Part shown: positions 9,143 through 19,280 of the stretch, piece by piece
Layout: every line of letters begins with the position of its first letter
Numbering within the stretch: the first letter of the stretch is position 1
Assembly: GCA_963663765.2 (NCBI GenBank)
Contig: CAXXUA010000002.1
Location: forward strand, 1-64,000
Length of the DNA: 64,000 nucleotides
Source of the DNA: Candidatus Poribacteria bacterium
GTDB lineage: Bacteria; Poribacteria; WGA-4E; WGA-3G
Reading direction: 5' to 3'
Notes under the pieces: generated by a model
Seen by the model: only the letters and a program-made list of their open reading frames with translations
Told to the model about the DNA's origin: nothing
Databases searched by the model: none
Made by a program: the position numbers and the translations under genes

Positions 9143-11086
9143 ATGCGTATCATAAGAATTTCAGGATCGTTATTTCTTTCGATTGTTTTTCTCTCAGTTG
9201 TCGTGTTTCTCATCAATACCCAAATATCAAAGGAAAACATACAGACACATAATGAATTACTTGGCATATCCTTTTCTGAACCACCCGAGCCGAAACCGAA
9301 GTTACGTAAACCGATAGTAGGACATGTGAGCAATTCGTCAGATAAGGATGTACCTGTTGCTCCACTTCCAAAGAAGGTTACTAATACTAATCTTGCTGTA
9401 TCCAATAAACCTTCACCCATAGCATTTACAGGACCCGCAAAGCAGCAGAACGAAGTACCTGTTGATTTGACAAAATCAAAATCATTTGATTTACCAACTG
9501 CTTCTTCTACGAACATAACACAACCTAAAAAGCAGAATTTAAAAGTAAAGGTTCAGTATGATAGTGTGGTTCCTGCCGCACTTAAGCCAGTATCAGAATC
9601 TATTGCGCTCGGGAATGTTGAAGTGTCGAAACTTAGTCAAGGTATATCAATTACTGGAGAAATTTCTGCTAATAGTCCGCCAAACGGTGCAGATTTTGAC
9701 GATGTTTTCTACAAAAGCCATGGTACAAACCCATTCATTGATACAGAAGACGACAATTTCTCAACATTTGCAATGGATGTTGATACTGCATCTTACGCTG
9801 TGATGCGCCGATACTTACGGGATGGTGTTCTACCGCCTGCGGATGCAATTCGGGTAGAAGAATTTGTTAATACATTTGATTACAATTATAAACCTCCAAA
9901 CGAAGATGCGTTTGCTGTCCATATTGAAGGTGCACCCTCAATATTTGGTGAAGGTAAAAGGCTTCAATTGCTGCGAATAGGTATACAAGGTCGCGTCATT
10001 CCAGATACTGATCGCAAGGATGCAATCCTTACTTTTGTCGTGGATGTATCAGGTTCAATGGAACGTGAGAATCGGTTAGATTTGGTGAAAAAAGCGTTAT
10101 TCATCCTACTCAATCAGCTCCGTCCCGGCGATGAGGTAGGAATTGTCGTCTACGGTTCTAATGCACGTGTTGTGCTACCACATACTGGAATTGAGAATCG
10201 TGAATACATCTTTGAAGCGATTAGCAACCTTAGACCGGATGGGTCAACGAATGCTGAAGCTGGTCTTCGACTCGGTTATAAACTTTCCCTAAAAAATTCC
10301 AAGTCCGATTGCATCAACCGTGTAATTCTTTGCTCCGATGGTGTCGCTAATGTTGGAAAAACAGGTCCTGAGGCTATCCTCAAAAAAATTGGCGATTATG
10401 TTAAGGAAGGCGTAACACTTACAACCGTTGGATTCGGTATGGGTAACTACAACGATGTACTCATGGAACAACTTGCGAACAAAGGAAATGGTAGTTATGC
10501 CTATGTGGATTCACTCAAAGAAGCAAAACGTGTCTTTGTTGAGAACCTGACAGGCACACTGCAAGTTATTGCTAAAGATGCGAAAATTCAGGTTGAGTTT
10601 AACTCTGAAACAGTGAGTCGTTTTCGTCTACTCGGTTATGAGAATCGGTCGCTTGCACACGAAGATTTCCGTAAAGACGATGTTGACGCGGGAGAAGTCG
10701 GTTCAGGACATAGTGTAACCGCTTTATATGAGATAAAACTCCACGAAAACGCTGATGGCAAACTCGCTACTGTCTTTATACGACATGAGGACCCAGATAC
10801 ACAAAAGATCTCAGAAGTTAGAGAAACTATTGCTACAAATCAGTTGAAAAAGTCTTTTGCTGAAGCAACTACTGAGTATCAGTTTGTTTCTGCTGTCGCT
10901 GAATTTGCTGAAATCCTACGTGAAAGTTTCTGGGCAAAGGATGGTAGTTTAACAGAAGTTCAGAAAACAATTGAGGGTGTACTATCAGAACTTAACTCAG
11001 AAACACCTCAAGAAAAAGAACGAAAGGAAGAACTATTAAATCTTGTTCGACAAGTGCGCCGCTTGAAGGAACAGAAAGAAGGTTAG
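9143..11086 (+). CDS. Membrane-anchored YfbK-like vWA protein (vWF_A + vWA + DUF3520-like)
   Basis: N-terminal TM helix, Pro/Ser-rich linker, STFAMDVDTASY, MIDAS DVSGS, SDGVAN, TL..IAKD.KIQVEFN, RLLGYENR. ATG 9143 follows GGAGG. Confidence 0.85.
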   Translation: MRIIRISGSLFLSIVFLSVVVFLINTQISKENIQTHNELLGISFSEPPEPKPKLRKPIVGHVSNSSDKDVPVAPLPKKVTNTNLAVSNKPSPIAFTGPAKQQNEVPVDLTKSKSFDLPTASSTNITQPKKQNLKVKVQYDSVVPAALKPVSESIALGNVEVSKLSQGISITGEISANSPPNGADFDDVFYKSHGTNPFIDTEDDNFSTFAMDVDTASYAVMRRYLRDGVLPPADAIRVEEFVNTFDYNYKPPNEDAFAVHIEGAPSIFGEGKRLQLLRIGIQGRVIPDTDRKDAILTFVVDVSGSMERENRLDLVKKALFILLNQLRPGDEVGIVVYGSNARVVLPHTGIENREYIFEAISNLRPDGSTNAEAGLRLGYKLSLKNSKSDCINRVILCSDGVANVGKTGPEAILKKIGDYVKEGVTLTTVGFGMGNYNDVLMEQLANKGNGSYAYVDSLKEAKRVFVENLTGTLQVIAKDAKIQVEFNSETVSRFRLLGYENRSLAHEDFRKDDVDAGEVGSGHSVTALYEIKLHENADGKLATVFIRHEDPDTQKISEVRETIATNQLKKSFAEATTEYQFVSAVAEFAEILRESFWAKDGSLTEVQKTIEGVLSELNSETPQEKERKEELLNLVRQVRRLKEQKEG

Positions 11087-11107
11087 AATATTTGACAGGA
11101 TAATTTA

Positions 11108-11300
11108 TCGTAGATTTTGGAATTATTTACACACTTGAACAGGTAGGAGCGACCTCCAAATCAACGGTATGAATCATGGCGAATCATGTAGAATGCCATA
11201 CGCGTATTCTACCAAGCGCATTCATCCAATGACATTCCCTGGGTCGCGACCAGGAGGTCGCTCCTACAGAAGATGTGTATAATTATTTCAATATATCACC
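11108..11300. mobile_element. MITE-like wrapper containing the same REP palindrome as 301-344, interrupted by an ~82-bp insert (about 11157-11238)
   Basis: gtaggagcgacctc[caaatcaacg...]ctgggtcgcgaccaggaggtcgctcctac, with flanking imperfect IRs gaattatttacaca/tgtgtataattatttc. Confidence 0.55.
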
Positions 11301-11533
11301 ATATATAACATTTGTGTATAATCTGGAATGTGTTTCCTTTTTCTCAGAATTTAAACTTTTTCGCGAGTTAAACGTCTATGCAGATATGTAGAGTAAAATT
11401 ACATCTCTTTCATACCATGATGTAAATAGCATAAAAAACCCGATGCCTATGCTTGAACGACTCTACCTTTCACTTATTCCGTAAACCAATTCACAATAAA
11501 AAACAACCCAACACAAAAAAGAAGGGGAGAACA

Positions 11534-13837
11534 ATGAAACGATCAGACTTAAACACAATGGTACGGAGCCTATTTGTTCCCAGCATAGATGAATCTCGGA
11601 AATATGAAAAACTAATTGTCAAACGCTATCTCGCGAAGGTTGTTATTAGAAACCAGATTGCAACAACCGAAGTTGAGATTTTGCTCAGCAATCCGAATGA
11701 CGATGCATTTGAAGGAGATTATGTTTTTCCTTTACCAGACTCAGCTGATACTATAAACATTGAATTTCAAATTGATGGTAATCCAATAGAACCTGAGTTT
11801 CTTGGGAAAAATAGGTTAAAGAAATTCTATAACAACATCCTCAATACAGAGGAGAACCATGTTTTACATGAAATCGGAACGTCTGCATTGCGAATCGAGA
11901 TGCTAAAGATCGATGGTGGAGCAGAATGTAAGATAAATATTCGATACAATGAGTTTATTGAGGAAGTTGATGAAAACTTTGTTTACACACATCATTTAAG
12001 ATCGAATCAACCTGTTGGTCACCTTGAGTTGTCTCTAATAGTTGAGGAAATATACCCTATTGGGACAATAGAGTCTCCTTCACACGAAATAGAAGTTTGC
12101 AAAGAAAACGAATCTCGTGCAAGTCTGACTTATCAATCAAATGACATATTGTTAGACAAGGATTTCGTTTGCTCTTACACTTTAATTCCTGAAAATTTGG
12201 TAATTGAACAGCAACTGCATTTTGCACTACCAAAGCTTATTGCAGGTCTCTCTGAAACTATTTCTTCCAATGTAAGCTATGATGATGTATCTTTAGGCAA
12301 GTCTAAACTACAAGCAGAATCCGACGGAATCCAACAACCAACTCGGTTACAAAGAGGTGCACAAAGACTTGGTGAAGTTGAATTGTTAAGAAGAAAGAGT
12401 TCATTGAGTTTTGGACTAAATACAATAAACGAGGCAGCATATCACGATGTTTTCTTCAAAGGACACGGTGTCAATCCTTTTATTGATACGGAAGACGATA
12501 ACCTATCTACTTTTGGAATGGATGCCGATACTGCATCCTACTCAGTGACACGTCGCTATCTCAACGATGGTCATCTGCCACCACCAGAAGCAGTGCGTGT
12601 TGAAGAATTTGTCAATACTTTTGAATACGGTTATGTCCCTCCAAAAGACGATGCATTTGCAGTCCATCTTGAGGGGGCACCATCAAAATTTGGTACTGGT
12701 AAGCGATTGCAATTACTTCGTATCGGTATTCAAGGACATGTCATTCCAGACACTGACCGTAAAGATGCTGTGCTTACATTTGTCATTGATGTTTCAGGTT
12801 CAATGAGAATTGAAAATCGGTTGGGGCATGTGAAGAAAGCATTGCGACTTTTGGTTGACCAACTACGTCCTACTGATAAGATCGGTATTGTGGTCTACGG
12901 CACAAATGCACGTGTTATCCTACCCCATACCAGTAACGTGAATCGTCAACATATTTTGGAAAAAATAGACTCGCTATGTCCTGAAGGTGTGACGAATCTG
13001 GAAGAAGGATTTCAAATTGGGTACGAACTTGCTCAGAAGAATTCCCAACAGGATTGTATCAATCGAGTAATTCTCTGCTCAGATGGTGTAGCAAACTCTG
13101 GTCAAACTGCTTCTGAATCGCTCCTGAAAGAAATTAGTGATTATGTAGATGAGGGTATTTACCTTACCACAGTCGGCTTTGGTATGGGAAATTATAACGA
13201 TCAACTGATGGAAGAACTCGCAAAAAAAGGCAACGGAAATTACGCCTATGTTGATACCCTAAAGGAAGCGAAACGTATCTTTGTTGAAAACCTAACTGGA
13301 ACTCTACAGGTGATTGCTAAAGATGCCAAGATTCAGGTTAAATTCAACGAAGACACTGTCAGTCGTTTCAGACTATTAGGCTATGAAAATCGCAGGATGG
13401 ATCACGAGGATTTCCGAAATGACGATGCAGATGCTGGGGAAATCGGTTCTGGACACAGTGTCACTGCACTTTACGAAGTAAAACTCCACAAAGGTGTTGA
13501 CAAAGGTAGACTCGGTACTGTATACATTCGACATGAAGATCCCGATTCAGCAAAAGTTACTGAGGTTAAGCAGAAACTTCGCGTTGAGGAACTCAAAGAG
13601 AAATTTGAGGATTCCTCCCCAAGTTTTCAGTTATCTGCTGCAGTCGCTCAATTCGCTGAGATCTTACGTGAAAGTTATTGGGCGAAGGATGGCAGTTTAG
13701 CGGATGTTCAACGTACAATAAAAGAACTCCTACCTAAATTGGATTCTGATTCCCCGCAATCCGAGGAACAGACGAAGGAACTGTTTAGCCTTGTGCGAAA
13801 AGCTCGTAAACTCAAGGACAATAACGAAGATAAGTAA
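11534..13837 (+). CDS. Chimeric VIT-domain + YfbK-like vWA protein
   Basis: N-terminus aligns with the VIT region of 13938-16121 (NQ.ATT, EG.Y.FPL, SPSHEI, DF.C.Y.L); the C-terminal ~470 aa closely match 9143-11086. ATG 11534 follows AAGGGGAG; no signal peptide. Confidence 0.85.
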   Translation: MKRSDLNTMVRSLFVPSIDESRKYEKLIVKRYLAKVVIRNQIATTEVEILLSNPNDDAFEGDYVFPLPDSADTINIEFQIDGNPIEPEFLGKNRLKKFYNNILNTEENHVLHEIGTSALRIEMLKIDGGAECKINIRYNEFIEEVDENFVYTHHLRSNQPVGHLELSLIVEEIYPIGTIESPSHEIEVCKENESRASLTYQSNDILLDKDFVCSYTLIPENLVIEQQLHFALPKLIAGLSETISSNVSYDDVSLGKSKLQAESDGIQQPTRLQRGAQRLGEVELLRRKSSLSFGLNTINEAAYHDVFFKGHGVNPFIDTEDDNLSTFGMDADTASYSVTRRYLNDGHLPPPEAVRVEEFVNTFEYGYVPPKDDAFAVHLEGAPSKFGTGKRLQLLRIGIQGHVIPDTDRKDAVLTFVIDVSGSMRIENRLGHVKKALRLLVDQLRPTDKIGIVVYGTNARVILPHTSNVNRQHILEKIDSLCPEGVTNLEEGFQIGYELAQKNSQQDCINRVILCSDGVANSGQTASESLLKEISDYVDEGIYLTTVGFGMGNYNDQLMEELAKKGNGNYAYVDTLKEAKRIFVENLTGTLQVIAKDAKIQVKFNEDTVSRFRLLGYENRRMDHEDFRNDDADAGEIGSGHSVTALYEVKLHKGVDKGRLGTVYIRHEDPDSAKVTEVKQKLRVEELKEKFEDSSPSFQLSAAVAQFAEILRESYWAKDGSLADVQRTIKELLPKLDSDSPQSEEQTKELFSLVRKARKLKDNNEDK

Positions 13838-13858
13838 AAGTAATTATGATAAGGATAC

Positions 13859-13892
13859 TTGTAAGGTGCATTTAATAATCTGCACCTTACAA
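13859..13892. terminator. Intergenic hairpin (terminator or REP-like)
   Basis: ttgtaaggtgca-N10-tgcaccttacaa, a perfect 12-bp stem; no clear U-tract. Confidence 0.4.
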
Positions 13893-13937
13893 ACATTCTA
13901 TTGTAATACCTACTTTCACATTTAAACGGAGGTTGCC

Positions 13938-16121
13938 ATGAAAAGATTGTATTTCCACTCAGCCATGTTAATCCTGTTGCTAACAGGATTTGCACAAATC
14001 GTTCAAGCACAAGGGATTATAGTCACACACCGACCCAGTACTCCAAGAATACAAAACTTAATCATAGAAAAACACCATGTTGATGTGACAATTGACAACC
14101 AACTTGCTACAACGAAAATTGACCAGATCTTCGCAAACCCGAACAACAGACAATTGGAAGGTACATATCTTTTCCCACTTCAAGATGATGTAGCGATTTC
14201 TGATTTTGTGTTGTATATTGATGGAAAACCAGTCAAAGCGGAACTACTCCCTAAAGACAAGGCAAAAAGTATCTATGAAGGTATCGTCCGTTCAATGCAA
14301 GACCCCGCACTGTTGGAATATGTTGGTAAACGCGCTTTTCAAGCAAGGGTGTTTCCAATACCACCTAACGGAGAAAGGCGAATCCAGCTTGAATATTCAC
14401 AAGTGATTAAAGTAGATGCTAATTTGGCAAAGTACACATATCCACTTCGAACCGAAAAGTTTACGCGTCAACCCGTAGGAAGTCTCTCAGTTAACATTGA
14501 CCTAAAAAGCAAACATGAACTAAAAACTATCTATTCACCATCACATGAGATCGCTGTCAATAGAAAAGACGATCATCAAGCAAACATCAGTTACGAGGGT
14601 GAAAATGTCCGTGTAAAACGTGATTTCCTCTGCTACTATTCGCTCTCCGATAAAGACTTCGGTATTGACTTGATAACACACAGAGATGATGTGGATGAAG
14701 ATGGTTACTTTATGCTGCTGATTTCACCGAAGTATGAAGTAGATAAGAAAGATATTGTTGAAAAGGATTTTATCTTCGTCCTTGATCGGTCTGGAAGTAT
14801 GAAGGGTGATAAAATAGAACAAGCGAAAGAAGCACTCCGATTTTGTGTGAACAATCTAAACGATGGTGACCGATTCAATCTCATCCTCTTTAATACGGAT
14901 GTAGAACCGTTCTCAGATACGTTAGTTTCCGTAAAGCAGGAACGCAAAAACGCGCTTGCTTTTGTTGATGAAATTGAAGGGAACGGCGGTACAAACATCA
15001 ATAGTGCATTACTTACAGCATTAGATGAAGAACCTGATCCAAAAAGACCACGTATTGTCGTTTTCCTAACTGATGGAGAAGCAACTGTAGGAACAACCGA
15101 TCCAACCCGTATCCTTAAGAATGTAGCAAATGCAAATAAAGAACAATCTCGGGTTTTTGTTTTCGGTGTCGGCTATAAAGTCAACGTAAATCTTCTTGAT
15201 AAAATGGCAGAACAAAACGGTGGCACCCGGCAATATGTCAGACCAAACGAAGACTTAGAAGTTGCTGTATCTTCTTTCTTTACAAAAGTAAGTGAACCTG
15301 TACTGGTTAATTTAGCATTAGATATTCAGGACATCAAAACAAAGAACCTTTATCCACAGAAACTCCCCCACCTATTTCGCGGTTCTCAGGTAACTGTTCT
15401 TGGTAGATATGTCAGTAATGGAAAATCCAAGCTAATACTACGTGGTGACATCAACGGAAAACAGCAAGAATTCTCCAACACTGCACAATTTCCCAGACAG
15501 GAATCAGATCATCAATTCCTACCGAGACTATGGGCACAACGTAAGGTCGCATATCTTGTTGATGAGGTCAGACTAAACGGGGAAAACAAGGAACTGATAG
15601 ACGAAATCGTCCGTCTCAGTGAAAAATATGGTATTATGACACCATACACCTCATTCCTTGTCACAGAAGAACAAGATGCACAGAACATAATTGCCGGCCG
15701 TGGAAGACCAGAATTAAGTCGAAGAGCGCGTGTTACAACTTCTCCAAGAGCATTAAATGCACCAAAATCAGCAACACAACCTGCTGATAAAGCAGCAGAA
15801 CTAAAAGCTGAACAAGCAGTCAGGACAAGCGAGAGTTTGCAAAAAATGCAGACTGACGCAAAATTGCAAGATTCAGCTACTGTTATTAAGCAGGTCAAGA
15901 GTAAAACCTTTCATCTCATTAATAAAGTCTGGGTAGATAGCACACACAATGATGAAACAAAGACAACCAAGATAGAATTTGGAAGTGAGAAATACTTTGA
16001 ATTGCTCAAAAAAGAACCTGATTTAGCAAAATACTTGGCAATTGGAAAACACGTTATCGTGTGTTACAAAGGTACGTGTTATGAAATTCATCCGCCAGAA
16101 GAAAAGAAAGAAAAGGACTAA
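13938..16121 (+). CDS. Secreted VIT + vWA domain protein (inter-alpha-trypsin-inhibitor-like)
   Basis: Signal peptide, VIT region, MIDAS DRSGS, GGTNI, FLTDG, RLWAQRK and KYGIMTPYTS. Confidence 0.88.
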   Translation: MKRLYFHSAMLILLLTGFAQIVQAQGIIVTHRPSTPRIQNLIIEKHHVDVTIDNQLATTKIDQIFANPNNRQLEGTYLFPLQDDVAISDFVLYIDGKPVKAELLPKDKAKSIYEGIVRSMQDPALLEYVGKRAFQARVFPIPPNGERRIQLEYSQVIKVDANLAKYTYPLRTEKFTRQPVGSLSVNIDLKSKHELKTIYSPSHEIAVNRKDDHQANISYEGENVRVKRDFLCYYSLSDKDFGIDLITHRDDVDEDGYFMLLISPKYEVDKKDIVEKDFIFVLDRSGSMKGDKIEQAKEALRFCVNNLNDGDRFNLILFNTDVEPFSDTLVSVKQERKNALAFVDEIEGNGGTNINSALLTALDEEPDPKRPRIVVFLTDGEATVGTTDPTRILKNVANANKEQSRVFVFGVGYKVNVNLLDKMAEQNGGTRQYVRPNEDLEVAVSSFFTKVSEPVLVNLALDIQDIKTKNLYPQKLPHLFRGSQVTVLGRYVSNGKSKLILRGDINGKQQEFSNTAQFPRQESDHQFLPRLWAQRKVAYLVDEVRLNGENKELIDEIVRLSEKYGIMTPYTSFLVTEEQDAQNIIAGRGRPELSRRARVTTSPRALNAPKSATQPADKAAELKAEQAVRTSESLQKMQTDAKLQDSATVIKQVKSKTFHLINKVWVDSTHNDETKTTKIEFGSEKYFELLKKEPDLAKYLAIGKHVIVCYKGTCYEIHPPEEKKEKD

Positions 16122-16138
16122 TTCAAAAGTCTATCGTT

Positions 16139-16798
16139 TTATTCCCGTTTAATCGTATAGATATTTATTGGGGTTGTTTTCTGGTTTGCTGTAATATTGA
16201 ATGTGGTTTTTTCAAAAACAAATCCATTTTCATTCAGACTATTGAAAAAACCACATGCATTATTTCTATTTGGTTCTGAAAAGAGTACCACACCGTTTTG
16301 TGCAAGTAAAGTCTGAAGTAATTCTATTATCGGTTTCCAATTCTGTTCTTCATATATGACATCAGAGGCGAGGATCACATCGAATTTACATTGAAAGCAT
16401 GCTGCGTTCCAATCCATCTGAACAATAGACCCTGTATCAACACCGTTTTGTTGTGCATTGTATCTGGCAAACAGTAACGCATCATGCTCAAAGTCTGTAA
16501 ACACAACATTTGCACCTGATTGTGAGGCGACAATCCCTGTTAACCCAAAACCGCAACCAATCTCAAGGACATATTTACCTGATAGGTAGTTGTCCAACTT
16601 TGCTATGTGTTGTGCTAAACTGATCGCTGATCCCCATAGATATACCCAATAGGGGAGATAGAGTACATCATCAGAATCTTCTCTACTCAGTTTGTCCAAG
16701 AATTGATCGGGATCCTCTAATATCGTGAGTTGAATCTCTCTATTTTCAACTGAAATTGTAATGTTTCTGATAGGGTAATCTGGAAGTCGGTTGTTCAT
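16139..16798 (-). CDS. SAM-dependent methyltransferase (Methyltransf_16 / protein-lysine MTase-like)
   Basis: PYW..LW.SA, VLEIGCGFG, DW and FDVILASDVIYE motifs; start uncertain (16798 or 16834). Confidence 0.8.
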   Translation of the reverse strand: MNNRLPDYPIRNITISVENREIQLTILEDPDQFLDKLSREDSDDVLYLPYWVYLWGSAISLAQHIAKLDNYLSGKYVLEIGCGFGLTGIVASQSGANVVFTDFEHDALLFARYNAQQNGVDTGSIVQMDWNAACFQCKFDVILASDVIYEEQNWKPIIELLQTLLAQNGVVLFSEPNRNNACGFFNSLNENGFVFEKTTFNITANQKTTPINIYTIKRE

Positions 16799-16853
16799 CC
16801 TCTTTATGATAACTGAATATTCAATACTGGTCAATAACTATGACACATCCGCA

Positions 16854-17028
16854 CAGAGGCATTCAATTGACCGAAATGGACTCTTATAGGAGGGGTTTGT
16901 AACTCCGATTTCAGAGAACCTACATAACAAGTCAGGGTTACAAACCCCTCCTACAAAGCATATATAGAAGAAATCAAGAATTGAAAAACCATCCGACAAG
17001 GGTACGTTTTGACAATTGAATGCCCTTG
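16854..17028. mobile_element. MITE (family D) carrying a GGAGGGGTTTGTAAC REP pair
   Basis: TIRs cagaggcattcaattg/caattgaatgcccttg, the same ends as 44007-44137; no clear TSD. Confidence 0.65.
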
Positions 17029-17045
17029 ACCAAGTAGGTGAATAG

Positions 17046-19280
17046 ATGAAAATTTCTGTTTCAATTATATTACTCCTCTCTGTTTCAATTGGAATTGTAC
17101 AGACTCAGAATCAAAATTTAGACTACACAAAACGGGGTTTACCCGAAGGTGCTGTCGTTCTTATCGGTAAAGGGGTACTGACCGGCCCTGTAGTTATTTC
17201 ACCAGAAAGTAGTCGGTTTGCTGTACCAACAAGTGTCGGTATTTGGCTTTACGATTTAGACACGTATCAAGAAATTGGAATATTGGCTGCACATCAAACA
17301 GTCTGGAGTTCCTTAGTTTTTTCACCGGATGGAAGGACGCTTGCAACTGGTTACCGAGATGGAAGAATTCAGTTATGGGATACTGTAACTGGGAATAGTA
17401 AAGGTATGCTGACAAAACACATTGGATCGGTGATAAAACTATTTTTTTCTTCAGATGGTGAACAGCTTATCAGTGTAGGAAGTAGTTGGTCAGATGACAA
17501 AAATATTCATTTATGGAATGCGAAAACTGGGAAATATATAACTACTCTTACCGATATGGTTGAATATAATGTAGCATTTTCTTTTGCTGACAATGTACTT
17601 GCTATCATTCGTTCAAAGGGAATTGAATTATGGGATATTAAAACCAGGAAGCAAAATACCTTCATTACTGATGAACGTGAAACCTTTAGGTTTGCTGATA
17701 TCATGACGTTTTCTCCAAATGGAGAGATACTTGCCTTTAGTAGTGAGCAAGATATCTATTTGTGGAATACAGAAAACAAAAAGATTATGTCAACGCTAAT
17801 TGGTCATATATCTAATATAAGACACCTAAAATTCTCCCCGGATTCCAAAGTGTTGGCGAGTGCATGTGCCAAAAATGCTGGTCAAGGAACATCAATCTGG
17901 TTGTGGGATGTGGAAACTGGTCAGTATATAGCGACACTTCTTGGATATACGGGTGGTGTTCACTCATTCGTTTTTTCACCTGATAGTAAAATATTAGCAA
18001 GCACAAGTGATGATTTGACAATTCGTCTATGGGACGTCAACACTGGACAGCACAAGAACTCTCTAACTGGCCACAACACAGAACTTTTCTCTATTGAATT
18101 TGCACCGGATGGAGAAACACTTTTAGCAAGAGATTGGGACGCAAGGGTCCATACTTGGAACCTAAGAACGGGAGAATACAAGAACATATTCACTGCACAA
18201 ACGTCTTTGCGAACCACTTTTTATCCAACAAACGAATATTGGAATGTTGCGTGGAACTCACCCGTTGTTTTTTCATTAGATGGACAGACCTATCGTTGTG
18301 CTAATGCAGATAACACAATTTGGGTATGGGATACAAAAACGAACAAACTGAAGAAAAAATTATCTGGATATACTTTCAAAACTATTGGCGTTATTTTGTC
18401 ACAAGATAGTCAAACTGTTGCAAATGCTGGTATGAACAACACAATCCATTTATGGAATTTGAACACTGGTCATCTACAGACAACTCTTAAGACAGAAATT
18501 GATGAGATCAGACCTATGGCGTTCTCACCTGATGGAAACTTACTTGCAACTCGATCAAAAAACAATATACAATTATGGAACACCAAAGCAGACCGCAATT
18601 ACGTTGTTCTAAAAAGAGCTCTCTTAAATCAATCGCTTCGATTTATTGGACATATTCAAGATCACGCATCGCTTGAGTACCAAATGTACCTAAAAAACAT
18701 AGCGCGTTTTATACGAAATAATGAAAAACGTTCTGAACAGTATCGGGCAACTTTAGTTGGACATACCGGTCATGTGGCATCTGTAGCATTTTCACCTGAT
18801 GGAAAACTACTTGCAAGTGCCGGTAGTTGGAATAATATAACTCGACAGTATGATACCTCTATCAGAATCTGGGATTTAAAGACAGAACAATCAGACACAA
18901 TACTTAATGGGCATACATCTGGAATCAGATGCCTCTGTTTCTCTCCAGATGGTAAAATACTTGCAAGTGGGAGTCAGGATAAAACTGTTAGACTCTGGAA
19001 CATGTCAACACAGAAAACAGTATCAAATCTCACGGGTCACCCAACCGTGGTTTTTTGTCTCGCGTTTTCTCCTAATGGTAAAATACTGGCAAGTGCAAGT
19101 GGTGATTTAGAATGCACTATACATCTGTGGGATGTCCTGTCAGGTCAACTGAAAACAAAATTAAATGGACACAAACGTTATATTAAATATCTGACATTTT
19201 CTCCCGATGGAAAACTCCTTGCAAGCGTGAGTATTGATGGCACAATCCTGATTTGGGATATGGAGAGAATCAACAAATGA
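17046..19280 (+). CDS. Secreted WD40-repeat protein
   Basis: Signal peptide, DYT..GLPEGA..LIGKG leader and WD40 repeats. Confidence 0.9.
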   Translation: MKISVSIILLLSVSIGIVQTQNQNLDYTKRGLPEGAVVLIGKGVLTGPVVISPESSRFAVPTSVGIWLYDLDTYQEIGILAAHQTVWSSLVFSPDGRTLATGYRDGRIQLWDTVTGNSKGMLTKHIGSVIKLFFSSDGEQLISVGSSWSDDKNIHLWNAKTGKYITTLTDMVEYNVAFSFADNVLAIIRSKGIELWDIKTRKQNTFITDERETFRFADIMTFSPNGEILAFSSEQDIYLWNTENKKIMSTLIGHISNIRHLKFSPDSKVLASACAKNAGQGTSIWLWDVETGQYIATLLGYTGGVHSFVFSPDSKILASTSDDLTIRLWDVNTGQHKNSLTGHNTELFSIEFAPDGETLLARDWDARVHTWNLRTGEYKNIFTAQTSLRTTFYPTNEYWNVAWNSPVVFSLDGQTYRCANADNTIWVWDTKTNKLKKKLSGYTFKTIGVILSQDSQTVANAGMNNTIHLWNLNTGHLQTTLKTEIDEIRPMAFSPDGNLLATRSKNNIQLWNTKADRNYVVLKRALLNQSLRFIGHIQDHASLEYQMYLKNIARFIRNNEKRSEQYRATLVGHTGHVASVAFSPDGKLLASAGSWNNITRQYDTSIRIWDLKTEQSDTILNGHTSGIRCLCFSPDGKILASGSQDKTVRLWNMSTQKTVSNLTGHPTVVFCLAFSPNGKILASASGDLECTIHLWDVLSGQLKTKLNGHKRYIKYLTFSPDGKLLASVSIDGTILIWDMERINK

